Assembly (NCBI GenBank): GCA_002633005.1
Contig: NMRA01000037.1
Location: 453,345 to 517,344 of the forward strand
Source of the DNA: Phoronis australis
Taxonomy: Eukaryota; Animalia; Phoronida
Direction: 5' to 3'
DNA length: 64,000 nt
Part shown: piece after piece, positions 1 to 12,200 of the stretch
Position numbering within the stretch: position 1 is the stretch's first letter
Layout: every line of letters starts with the position of its first letter
The notes under the pieces: generated by a model
The model's input: the letters and a program-made list of their open reading frames with translations, nothing else
What the model was told of the DNA's origin: nothing
The model's database searches: none
Program-made: the position numbers and the translations under genes

Positions 1-69
1 ATGTCACACATTTTGAGATAGATTAGCATAATCAATACATATATACAAAAAAGAACATGTGACCTTAAC

Positions 70-283
70 CACATTGCATCAGCTGTGCGCAGGCTCCTAG
101 CCGGGTCCATTGCAACAAACACCTGACACTATTTCTTTACTATACCACACAAAACACATAAACACAAATTAAGACGGAGCCCAGGAGCTAGAGACCTTAC
201 TCAAGGGTCTAGGAGTGGGATTCCAATCTGCGAGTTTGCAAACAGAAGACAGACACTCAAACCAATAAGCCATATTGCCTCCT
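70..283 (-). mobile_element. Diverged copy of the tRNA-derived SINE family
   Basis: Shares ggagctagagaccttactcaagggtctag and the flanking body sequence with the copy at 10903-11130. Confidence 0.55.
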
Positions 284-1168
284 CTAAAATATACCAATCT
301 ACATACATTGTTTGGTGTCTGCAAAATGACAACTTGCAATGCAGCATTTAAAAAAACTTACTGATATTAGATTAGAATCAAGAATCTGATTTAACATCGA
401 TCAGTGCAGAAGCACCATTGTCTCGTAAACAATGTGAAACGCAGGACAAGTGCTCAAGAGACGGACAGAAATGACACCTTGTACTTCGTCAGTGGATTTG
501 TACAAGTTGTGTTGTCGCCAGGTGTCAGGTTTAACAGAAAATCTGATCTAAGGTGGTATTGTGTGGAACAGAGCAATTACCACGTTTATTTATTTAGAAA
601 TGGCTTAACAGCAACAAAACAGTCACTAAAATAAATTGATATACTGAGAGGGGCCTGGACTGGGTGACTGATGTGTGTATGTATATGACATGTAATTAAA
701 TACCTCAATGCTGTCACTGCCGCTAGCATTTTTGTAATGTACAGTTATATTTGAATATCATTGTTTCAACATTAATGTTAACTATTTGTAATGCTATGCT
801 TGAAGAATTGTAAGAAAATTAATAATAAAAAACGGTCATTTTTCGAAATGCTTGGCAAGTCAGAAATTAAATTCCTTGTGAAAAATTAAGTTAGGACCAC
901 TTTTACCTGAGGTACATAACTCTTTACACCATGGTACATTGGTGAATTATGATCACTTTTACCCGAAGTACATTAACTCTTTCCACCATGGTACATTGGC
1001 CAGCGAGTCCTGACATCAGATAAAACAGCAGAGGAACGCTTAATAATGGACTAATACCTGGATATAGCCTCGACTTAGAGACTGCTGTTGCCTGGAGATG
1101 AAACCAAAGGGCAGGTTTTTGCAATGTATCATCATAGAAGAACATCCCACCATTCCCTGAATACTCAC

Positions 1169-2981
1169 TGAACTCTCCCTTAAGGAAGAGGCCTTCAGCC
1201 CCTGGTGCCCACTCCCGACACAGTACAGAGCCATCGGGTTGAGGCAAGATTCCGTAGTGCTTGTAACCTTGAGAAAAGGCGTCCAGGCTCCCCTCTGCAT
1301 TAGCAATTCGCTTCAGCGCTTTATCAAACTGCTCATATCTGAAAATAATTCATAAAACAATCAGATGAAAACCTAACCAAAGCTTTCAAATCGTACAGTT
1401 ATAAATCAACTAAAGCAAATTATGGTCCATAAATGTCAAAAAATGATTAAGTCATTACGTGGAAGAAGAATAGTCATAGAATATCTTGCATATAGTCATT
1501 TTTTAGAGCTGACAAATACCTTGCATTTATCACCTGTCCAGTTGTCTGATTAGTATTTACTGACAAATATCTTGCGTACTGCCAGTTGTCTGACAAGTGC
1601 TTAGCTAACCAACTCCTCAATGAAGAGAGTGGCACTCTCCATCAGTTTTTTGATGCTAACGGTAAAAGAAAAATCCTTTGACCAAAGGTGCTGACGTCAA
1701 CTTCAGTGAAAAAAACTTGCAGTCTGCAGTACATGTGAATTTTCTTCTTGCAAGGCAGAATAAGAATAGAGAGTAGAGCAAATTTACCCGCTTTCCACAC
1801 CCTTACTCCATCATTATCGTAAGTCCTAGATAAAATTAATTAAAATATCAGTCAAACAAATTTCCTTGTACTTTTGAAAAATTTCTACATAAAAATTAAG
1901 GACCACATAATTTACAAGTTTACAAACTCTGAATACAGTTTGAAATAGTCAACACATCCCCCCCCCCCCCCCTTGGCAGCCGCGGAGTTTTATACCATAA
2001 GGAGTTCCACTGAAGCTTAGTAAGAAGACAAAACGCCAGAAGACAGACAGATGACAGACAAGTTGGAGACTGGTAGTCTTGGTGCAAAGCTGTATAAATA
2101 CACAGTAATGTAGGTAAAAGGCAAATTTTGCTTCAGTGAAGCTGTCATCACCTCTTGAAAGACGTAACAAAAATTTTAGTGAATGGCATACGCACATGTC
2201 ACAAGAGTACTGTTTTCAAGTCATCGTCATTTTCTTCGTGACAAGAACCAGAGAATTTTGCAAGAAAACGACATTTGTTAGATTGTTTTTCACTTCAACA
2301 GCTGTAATGGGCAAGGTGAGTGTGGGTTGACACCCAAATTTTGCATGCAAACCCGCCGGTCTTTAGCTCTACAATCATGTTGATCAATACAAGTTTCATG
2401 GCGAGGTGAAGAGCAAAAACCACGCAGTGTGCAATTTCGAGATTTGTCGGAGCTCAACACACAATGGTACCCATGCACGTACCCAGAGGGGTCTGGGGAG
2501 GTGGCTCGCATGAGCCCTCCATTTGACGAAGTGGGCAAACAGGTCTGCCTCAGAGAAACAAAAATTCTGAAAAAAGTAGAAACGCGACATAAATAAGTCC
2601 ACTAAAAAGGCAGGATTGCAGGAACTACCAAAATTCGACAAATGCACAATTCATAGCTCTGAACGTACCACGTCTTAAAAAATTAGAGCCCCCCTCCCCT
2701 TTTTAGGCTGGGTGCGCGAATGGTACCTAGTTGAATTTTGACGACTAAACGATTAGTCTTCAAGTAACTTCAAGATTTTATAGTCAGCTGGCTGGCTGGA
2801 AGAGGGGTTAAAATTGAACTCGAAATTTGCAATTTTCAGCAACAATTAACAAAGACAGTCATTATATTACATGGTACCGTTACCTTGAAAATATATCCCG
2901 TTTAAATTGTTCAATATTAAGCAAGCTATCCACTTCTATAAGGTGCTTAAATTCAGGCGGTTCCAGTCCATCCATTTCCAT
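1169..2981 (-). CDS. GBE1: 1,4-alpha-glucan (glycogen) branching enzyme, 5' part (exons 1-2); gene continues beyond the left edge
   Basis: Exon 1 is 2981-2884 (ATG, MEMDGLEPPEFKHLIEVDSLLNIEQFKRDIFS, donor gtaacg). Exon 2 is 1338-1169 (acceptor ttttcag, R-YEQFDKALKRIANAEGSLDAFSQGYKHYGILPQPDGSVLCREWAPGAEGLFLKGEF, donor gtgagt). The phases join correctly, and the F-S-x-GY...EWAPGAEG-x-FL-x-G-x-F motif matches the N-terminus of animal GBE1. Confidence 0.95.
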
Positions 2982-3294
2982 ATTTTGTCAAGCTAGAAAG
3001 GTCAAGGGCAAGCGCAAGGTCAATTTGCTGCGGCACCTAACGGTAGAATAAAATACATTCAAATTTTTCAACAAAACGTTTAATCTATCATTCTACTACT
3101 CCTAATTGACAAATTTTTAGATGAAACGTACATTCAGAGAATCTTCTTGCATTCATAAAAACATTCAACCAGCCTTTCCAAATGCAATGACCTTTGACCT
3201 ATATTTTCCAAAGATGGTGGACTTGGAGAAGAGTAAACAGAATATTCTGAGTTAAACACTAGGCGGTTAATGGACTGGACAGCAATGTGATTCA
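2982..3294. promoter_or_regulatory. Short divergent promoter/5'UTR region shared by GBE1 and the uncharacterized gene
   Basis: Only 313 bp separate the opposed start codons (2981 on -, 3295 on +). The region holds a perfect DR1 (TGACCTTTGACCT, 3188-3200), AGGTCA half-sites near 2999 and 3017, and two short + strand uORFs (ATG at 3214 and 3270). Confidence 0.6.
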
Positions 3295-6200
3295 ATGGCT
3301 GTATCGCGGGAAGAGTACTTGTGGAATGAGAACTCTTCTCAGTAAGAATCTAAAGCAATATCTTGTGTTGTAAAGAAACCTTATATGGATCTCTGTCTGT
3401 GTTTGGTATCGTTTTTAGGCATTGCCAATGCCATGGCATTCGATTCACTCAGTTCACGTATTCACAGATTTAGACACTATTTTGACACGGACGACGCTTT
3501 CACGATTACATGACTGATTTACTCATTTCGAGGCTAAAAATGCTATTATGACAGGTCGTTTTCGGTATTATAAAAATCTTTTATTATGATTTTGGGCTCA
3601 GAATTTTGGGCTTTTGCCAGTTTTGGCTATCCAACAACCTAGTCCTAGACGTGTATGACTGAACGTCAAAACACAGCTTGTGAACTATATGTGATAAAAT
3701 AGAACTTTAAATGGTGCTTGCTTTGTTAGTTTTCCATAACTCAATTTGTAGCCCTCTCTCAAAGAAACTTATGTCAGAATGTAGCACGTCCAACCGTGCA
3801 TAAGTTTTTGAAACTCTGACATTCAGTGACATCTAGCTGCCATGTTGATGTTGATTATATCCATTTAATTCCGTTCAAAAGAAACAATCTGATGAAAGTT
3901 GAGCATCATTTTTCATCGCTCGCCTGCTTTTGTGGTAGTTTTTATTTCAGGGATTAAAAAAAACAGGTTTTGAATATTAAAGTCATTTAAGTCAGGAAAT
4001 TGAACATTTGAGATGCTTCAGTTGCCCCTGTAAATTTATGAAATATGCCAGAAGAGTTTTTTGAATTTCTTTCATTTAATTTCTGAAGTTTTTTAAGCCA
4101 TTAGGCAAAATGGCCATGATGTAACATTAGTGACTTCAACCGCACACATTGTTATCTTTGTCAAGAAAGTGAAAACTGAATACTATCAGCTCAAATGAGT
4201 TATGAGTGTGAAATTGAATGTCATCCGTGGAACAAAGACTTGCTGTTTTCTGGGATATTTTCAATTGTCTTGGGAACTTGTGCTTGTTACTTGTGACGGT
4301 CTGTTGCATTGTGTTTTAAAAAAGTTTGTTTCCTTTACAGTTTGCGGAAGCTAAGAAGAAGTTCAGATAAGAAGCGCAGTAAAAGTGAAGGCACGCCAAA
4401 GGCTAAGGGAAGACCTCAGAAATCAGTAACAGAATATCCAAAATTTTGGCCTGGGGTTGGCAGTAAACGAACGCCACCATCACAACTTCCCAGGTAAAGT
4501 AGACATAGTGATAATGTTGAAATATTCTTTATGTGAATGAATACTTTATGTTGTATTTAGATTATTAATGACTACACTTTTTCTTGTAATCTAAAAATTA
4601 ACTTTGCTTTGATAATCTTCCTTCAAAGTTATTATATCCTTTTCAGCTTTGAGACTCCTCCAGAGAGATCAGACAAACTAAGGGGCAGGAGATATGAAGT
4701 TGTCCCCCCTGTTGTGCCAAAACTAGACGCTTATGAGAGGTACGCTCTAAGTTTATCCACTTGTTGCATGCGTGATTGTCTTTCTTACAAGAATTAACTT
4801 GATGTATTTCACTACATTTAGAAGACTGTATCAAGGTTAGAGGCCTTCAAGCACAAAAGGACAATTGTTACATTTTTATGGGTTACTTATTTCTACACAT
4901 AGCATGCAGCGAGTACGGTTAGTGGGATATGACGTGCCCGCATTTTGAGAACCAATTTGCTCCTCTTAATAAAGGGCATCAAACTGGTTCTCAAAATGTG
5001 GGCACATTATATCTGAGGGCTGTTCCAGCAAAATCTGTATGGGAGGGGGGGAAGGCACTTTTATTTCGTACCCACCGCCCATATTTTTCATTTATTTCTC
5101 CAACCCATGACCCATAATTTTTTAATTATTTTTAATAGGTTAAAATATAAAATCCAACACTTCCAAACAAATTGCCTCCAGGAGGACCTGTTGAGAACTT
5201 AAATGATTGACAGACAAGAACTAGTTGTCTTGTCCAATATTGTCAAAAACTAAAGTAGCCTGTGAGCAATACTTTTGGCAGCCACCAGGTGTCTCTGTTC
5301 ACCATGTGTCTATAATTTCAATGAACATTTTTTCAATTATAAGGATCTATGAATCTCAAACTGTCTCCACGAACTCTTTTATACTTCTATGTCAAGTGAA
5401 TATTGGAACTTGTTTAGCTTACTCCTAATACTTTTTATTTAAAAATCATCAATTTTCTTATATGTGTTAAAACCAGTTTAGTGTTGCATAACTTCAATTC
5501 AATAGGACTGTAGACAAACAGTTGACTCAAATCAAGTTGCCCATGACTTGTTTAATGGCTTAGTGAACATATTGCACTGGCAATATGGGCTCTTTTTTAT
5601 TGGGATCAACATTAACGGTCAAAAAATACCACCCATTTTTACTGCATCACTTCTTACAGGAACGACCACCCATAATTTGAGTTTTTTTCTGAAGACCACC
5701 ACCCATGAATTTTTATTTCTGCTACCGTTCCCCTCCTCCCACACAGATTTTACTGGAACAGCCCTGACTACTGCCGTAACCAGGCCTAACATTTCCTAAA
5801 ATGATATACCATTTTATAGTTAACCTAAATAATGGTTATGACATGTGGCACAGTGATTCTGTCAATGCTACATTGATCAACTGCTTCTCATTTTCAGAAC
5901 TGATAGTGGTGGTGACAGCTGGGGTCAGGAAGATGAGGATGATGACGAGGGTTACCATGACGGCGGTTACCTTGGCTACCCACCACCTCCAGCACCCCCC
6001 ATGGGTTACCTACCTTACATGTACCCAGCCCCCTACATCTACCCACCTCAGCCCTATTTCTATCCACCTCCAATGCAGCAACCACCTGTGATCTCCCACC
6101 AGTCGTCACGCAGTAACCCGCGTAGTAACCCGCGTAGGTCACAGAAATCTGTACGATTCAAAAACCATTCTAAACACAGACGTTCCCAACCGTCACCAAT

Positions 6201-9200
6201 CAGACACTACAGCAGTGACAATGGAAGTGACTTTGATGATGAAATTCGCAGCGTGATAGGTCGTCAAGAATATGCATCGCCTCCTGGTGTATCACATAGG
6301 AGTGAGAAATTATCTCCCGTGGCAAACATGCGGACTGGTAATACGCCACGTGGCAGCAGGGCAGAAGACACCACAGGACGAAGTAGAGTTTACCAGCTTC
6401 TGAATGAAGGCAGTAACACAGATATCAAGGAACCCCTCTTAGATAAACTCAAGCCTAGGTCTGAGGAGATTAACAATACCTACCATCCCAGGGACAGATA
6501 TGATTCCCATAGATTCAACTATATTGCACCACTGTCTCCAGTTCCTGAGGTAAAGCAAAAATTGTCTCCCCTGTTAGTGTTGTACTCTAGTTGTGTAGCT
6601 GTGCGCTTTTGTCATTCATTAGAATTTGTCGTGTAGTGGTATGTTTATATATACTCGTGAGTCAAGCAGCTTGACTAATGTCATGTGACCCTGTGATTAG
6701 AGTGGCATTGCTGTCATCCGTGTTGGGTTTTATTATCTGCCTGTGGGCCTACAACAATTTTTGGATTCTTAAAGCAGCTGGTTAAATTTGATTACAAAAG
6801 AGACTGCTTATTCGTGGTAGACAGACATCTTATTTCACAGACCTCACATGTTCTTGTTGGCAGCATTCGTGTCTTGATGACAATTCTTGTGGTCAATGGA
6901 AAGTTAAAAAGCAAAAACAAGATGCCAAGCTTCATATGGAAGTTTCTATATTACTCAATACCACCATCAGGCTTATGTGATATAGTCAGTACACAGCTAC
7001 AGTGACTTATTGTGTACTTGGTGATATATGAGTCATGATGATATTGAGTAATATCAAAATATTGATAAGAAGCTTAGCGTCTTCTTTTTGCTATTCATGT
7101 CTTTTAGCGTGGAATACAATTCTCTTCTTGTGATCTGTAATTCATTTCTCATGTTGTACAGTTCTTTTGTTGCTAGCACATTTTGTTGATACAGTTGTTT
7201 GCTCATAAACCACAGTTCTTTTCTCTCTCTGGGTAGCAGCCTGAATAAGTCAGTACACTAAAAGCAGGTGCAACTGTGGTTCATGGGGAAGGAAATGTGC
7301 GTGCAAGAACAGAATTCAGACTTGATGAGATAAGAAATAAACAGGTTGTGAGAAAAGATAGCTGTTAACTAGAATGCTTGTTCATGAAGGAGAAATTTTC
7401 GATAACGTGTTTGTTTTGTATTTTAGTTACCTTAGTCCCAAATGCCACATTTCTTAAATTTATGTGTTTTGCTTTTGTTTGATGCCATTTTGCTTCTTGC
7501 TGACTTAGGCAATCTCATGATTACATGCGTCTTCTCTGTTCCCATAGCATCCTAGAAGTTTCTCCACCTTTGAGCTGGCTTACCCTGATAACCTTATTAA
7601 CTTCCCCACTGTCTCTGATAGTCCTAGCGAACTAACTGAACACGGAGCTGCTCAATTGCATTCTGCTGCCATTCAAGATCGACAGCAACAGTTTAGTGGA
7701 CAAACATTGAGCAGACATGCTGTGAAACTTAGGAAGTCACCCCCCTTCAGTAAGAGAGTTGATACTTCAGAGACATATGTGTTGGCGAGCCCACTCACGC
7801 CAAAGTTGCTGACCCCACTGGTACCTGGTGTAATTAATACAAACAGTCCTACATATGACAAGGAATTGCAACAAGTCAGTGTGAACTCATCTTCAGTCAG
7901 TGAAAGTGTTGAGAGTGAGCCGACACCCATACTAACTAATCCTACCCCGTCCTTACCAAGCTCACGTGAACCACAGACTGCAACTACTGTTCCTTCGAGT
8001 GTAAACAAGTCGCTGTCACTGACCGTCAGGGATGCGTGGACCCTATGTGAATATGTAGAGAGCTTTGTCAATGAATACATCGAGGATGTCTTCATACCTG
8101 ATATACTGATAGATGTTCTGTCTGATATGTCGGTTGGTACATCTCTTGTTAAAGTTTATTTCTCTTTTTTACTTTATCTTTTGTTGCATTCTAATAGACC
8201 TGATGATATTCTTTAACTGTTTCACAAATTGCTTTGAATATATAATTACTCTTTGTTTAAAATCGATTCTTTTCCTATCATCATTTAAGCTTTTTTAAGA
8301 TCTTTTGACTAATTTTAATATATCAACGTTATGTTTTGATTTAGGGTCATGTCTTTTGCTTTTCACTTGCCACCTCTATCTTTATCTTGCCCTTTGCCCT
8401 TTCTCCAAAGATCTATGAAAGTGTATAACTATTTAATACTTAGACATTATGTGAAATTTTATGTAATCTTTTATTCCGTAGCCAAGGCAAAAGTCCAGAA
8501 ATTCACCTGTAAACTTGAGGTAAGTACTTCAATCCGTACAATACATACATCTACCTCCAGCTAAGATAAGATCTGAACAAGAAGTTTATGAATGAGAATA
8601 GAATAATAAGATACTGTTTGGAGCAATTGCAAGCATTCTGTTGATGAATATAGGTGTACACTGTTTTGTTTATGTCACATGGATGTGTTTTAGCAAAAAG
8701 TTAACATTCCACTCTTATGACGTTCTGGAGAACAGAAATGTTCATGGTGTCAAGTTTATAAATATGCTGTTTACATTTCACTTTTCACACCAAAACCTGT
8801 TGATCATCATTGTTTACAACTCATTGTTGTTAATATTCCCGTGTTTGTTCAAAGCTACATGTATATCAGTGCATCTGCAAGTATGCTGATAACACACTAG
8901 AGACATTCGCCATCTTGTCTTGATTTTCCTTTAGTTGGTCATAATATTTCAGACAACCGGCGCCCTCTTTGTTTGAACTCGCTGCCACAGCCACCACACA
9001 GTTGCTGGATGAAACTGTCCTGGAGGAGAGTTCAAAGGTCGTCCGTGAAAGCATACAGGACCTAGTGCAAGACTACATGTTCAACAGTTCTGTTTATGAT
9101 GTTTTTGATGAGATGGTGGCAGAAATTATCAGGGACATGGGCGATGAAGTGGTAGGTTTAAACTAGCTAACGTCTAACACCCACTCTTTTGCAGTTAGAG

Positions 9201-12200
9201 TGTGTGATGTCTCAGATTCTGTTGGACATAAAGAGAGCTGAGTTGAGAAACATATTAATTTCTTTGTTACATGTATATTTCGCATGATAATGGTAAATAA
9301 TTTGATCTTGCTGCTTTGATTTGCCATCCACATTATTTGTGAATTGCAGGTGGCGCTGAAAGTTGCCCAACAAAAACGTGATCCTGCCATCTAGTGACAA
9401 TTCATTAAGTTAATGAGTTGCTGTTATGAAAAATGACTGTTGTCGGTTGGTTCTTGAATAACTATGAGGCTGTGCTACATTTCATGTCATCTCTCTCTGT
9501 TAATTATATTGGACATTATTTGACACATTCTATCATTCAGCAAAAAATGAAGCTGACTATTGCTTCCAAGCTAAGGGACATGTTGAAGCTGGAAACAACT
9601 AAAGAAATTTTAAAATGCATTTCATTGCATGAAACTTAGATTGTCCTCACACAACTGAGCCTGTAACTTGTGAAAGATAAAAATGTGGCCTTCATTCTTG
9701 CAAGACCATCGATTGAACACAGAGTTAATTCCTGGTTTTTAGTGCATTAATTTGTGGTATTTTGCAGGGTACAAGAAGCACTTTAATGCCCAACTCATGT
9801 AACTTGATTTGTTATAAATTTTTTGATGCTGCTTACATGTTACAGTTATTAATTCAAGTTAATCTCCTTTTAATGGTTTTACATTCCGCTGGCACTTCTT
9901 TCAACAATATTCGGACAGAGAACCAGTTTGATTCCTGTTATTCAGTGGAGAAAACTGGTTCTCAAAATGCAGGCACATTACATCCAACTATTACCCTGTT
10001 TTCAGTATAAGACCTTGTCTGCGTCATTGTTCTTCCAGGTTGAGTCAGCTTTATATGAAAATGTCTTGGAGGACATTTTAGAGGAAAAGGTCTTTAAGCC
10101 TGCAGTTCACGATGCTATCCAAGAGGTGGCGCTAGATGTTTTGGACCAGTATGACTCAAAGTTACGACGACAAGAACAGAGGGAGGTGAGTGTGTAGAGT
10201 AAAAGCAGTGACATTCTAAAACTGACCCATTGTACTGAAGTGTTTTCTTTGATACGTTTACGTGACTCGGGGTTCCCCATTCTTTGAATTCGTTTGGTAA
10301 TACCAGTGTAAGAATTGTGCTAAATCTTCTTTCATTTTTGCTTTAACGTGTGTCCTTGCTGTTAAGTGTATTCTCGAACTCATTTATCTACACAAACTAA
10401 TGTGTTAAACAGTTCAAAACTGACAGAAATGCAATTTACGAAATGTATGAAACAGCATTTTATAGCTCTAGTGTGTAAGTGAATTATTTTAGAGAAACTT
10501 AATTTGACTCCTGCACATCATACTTCCGTAGCCAAGCTGTTCTGTTAACAAATTGAAACCTTCCTCTTTCAACCTATCTAAGAAGCCTCTGGTCACATGG
10601 GGGCGCTGAGGGTGGCAATGCATGTTTCTAAAAGAGTCCTGGCTCTTTGTTCTGAAAGACTCTGTGGCACTTGCAGAAATCCCGTGTATTTGTGTGGCTA
10701 CACAGTAAGTCGAAATGGAAACACACGCAATGATATCTTGACGACTTATTTCAGATAAACAACCATGCTTCTGGTAAACTTGTCGATTCCATCTGTCTAG
10801 ACATCCTTGTTGACATAATTGCACGCCAGGGTAAACTGCAGACACAGCAAGAGTATGCGGAGAAGTTTATGGAAGGTATGTGTTTTTATAATATAAAAAA
10901 TAATTGCAGGCGGTCTGATACACATTGTACCAGACGTGCGCTGGCCTCGCATGTGGGCCCATTGCACTGATCACCTGGAAATATTTTTATGCTTTATTGA
11001 TATATGGTTAAAACCGAGCTGAGGAGCTAGAAACCTGGCTCAAGGGTTTAGCAGTGTGACCTGGTGGGACTTGAACCCACGACCTCGAGTAAAGAAAGCG
11101 GGCACTTATCAACCAGGCCACACTGCCTCCTCAAAGGTATGTGTATCGTTTTTTGTACATCAGTCGTAATCTCACGTGCCACCAACTGTTTCAGTTACTG
11201 TGAGTCGTCACTGACTTGCAATGGGTCGAGTTATGGTTGATCTGATTTACAATGTCTTGGACTGGGTTATGTAAACCTTTATTTAGTCTAGATATGCCTG
11301 ATTGGTGCACGATGACAAAGCCATTGTTCAACGCTTGCAGTGTGACAGATGAAATCAACATTGCAGTCTACCATGCAATTTTCATACAAGTGGGTGGTGA
11401 AGTTTGAAATTATGATAAATAGCTGCAGTGTGCTGCCACAAGAACAACACAAACAAGGGTGATCATTGTCCATTTTGTTTGTGTGTTACACACCAGTTTT
11501 CATTTTGCAGAAGCGCTGCTTACTTATCAATGGAAATAAAGTGCATCAATTTTTTATGTGGCATTCTTTGGGTAGAACTCCTTTGTAAGTCAGTGACAAC
11601 TTGTACACAATCCTCATTTTCGTTTCAACTTTGTTGTTGTAATTTAATTTCATTGCTTATCATTCTGTTTTGTCTTGGTTGTTGTAGCAATTTTAGTTGT
11701 ATCAAGCAGTATGTTAAAAAGTACCAAATATTATAATTTTAGCCTTTACTCTATACCCATGATTAGCTCATAAAACAGATGGCATGTTTGTATGAGTCAC
11801 AACATTTTACATTCAGTGGTCATTTCAGCCAAAACGTATAAATAGAACACGTACAANACCAACTGTTTCAGTTACTGTGAGTCGTCACTGACTTGCAATG
11901 GGTCGAGTTATGGTTGATCTGATTTACAATGTCTTGGACTGGGTTATGTAAACCTTTATTTAGTCTAGATATGCCTGATTGGTGCATGATGACAAAGCCA
12001 TTGTTCAACGCTTGCAGTGTGACAGATGAAATCAACATTGCAGTCTACCATGCAATTTTCATGCAAGTGGGTGGTGAAGTTTGAAATTATGATAAATAGC
12101 TGCAGTGTGCTGCCACAAGAACAACACAAACAAGGGTGATTGTTGTCCATTTTGTTTGTGTGTTACACACCAGTTTTCATTTTGCAGAAGCGCTGCTTAC

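Noticed and set aside
3427-3440. Palindrome AATGCCATGGCATT resembling an RFX X-box
   Set aside because: It lacks the GTT/AAC ends required by the X-box consensus.
7236-7344. Possible extra exon in intron 4 of the uncharacterized gene
   Set aside because: There are in-frame stops from the plausible acceptors, and exons 4 and 5 already join in phase 0.
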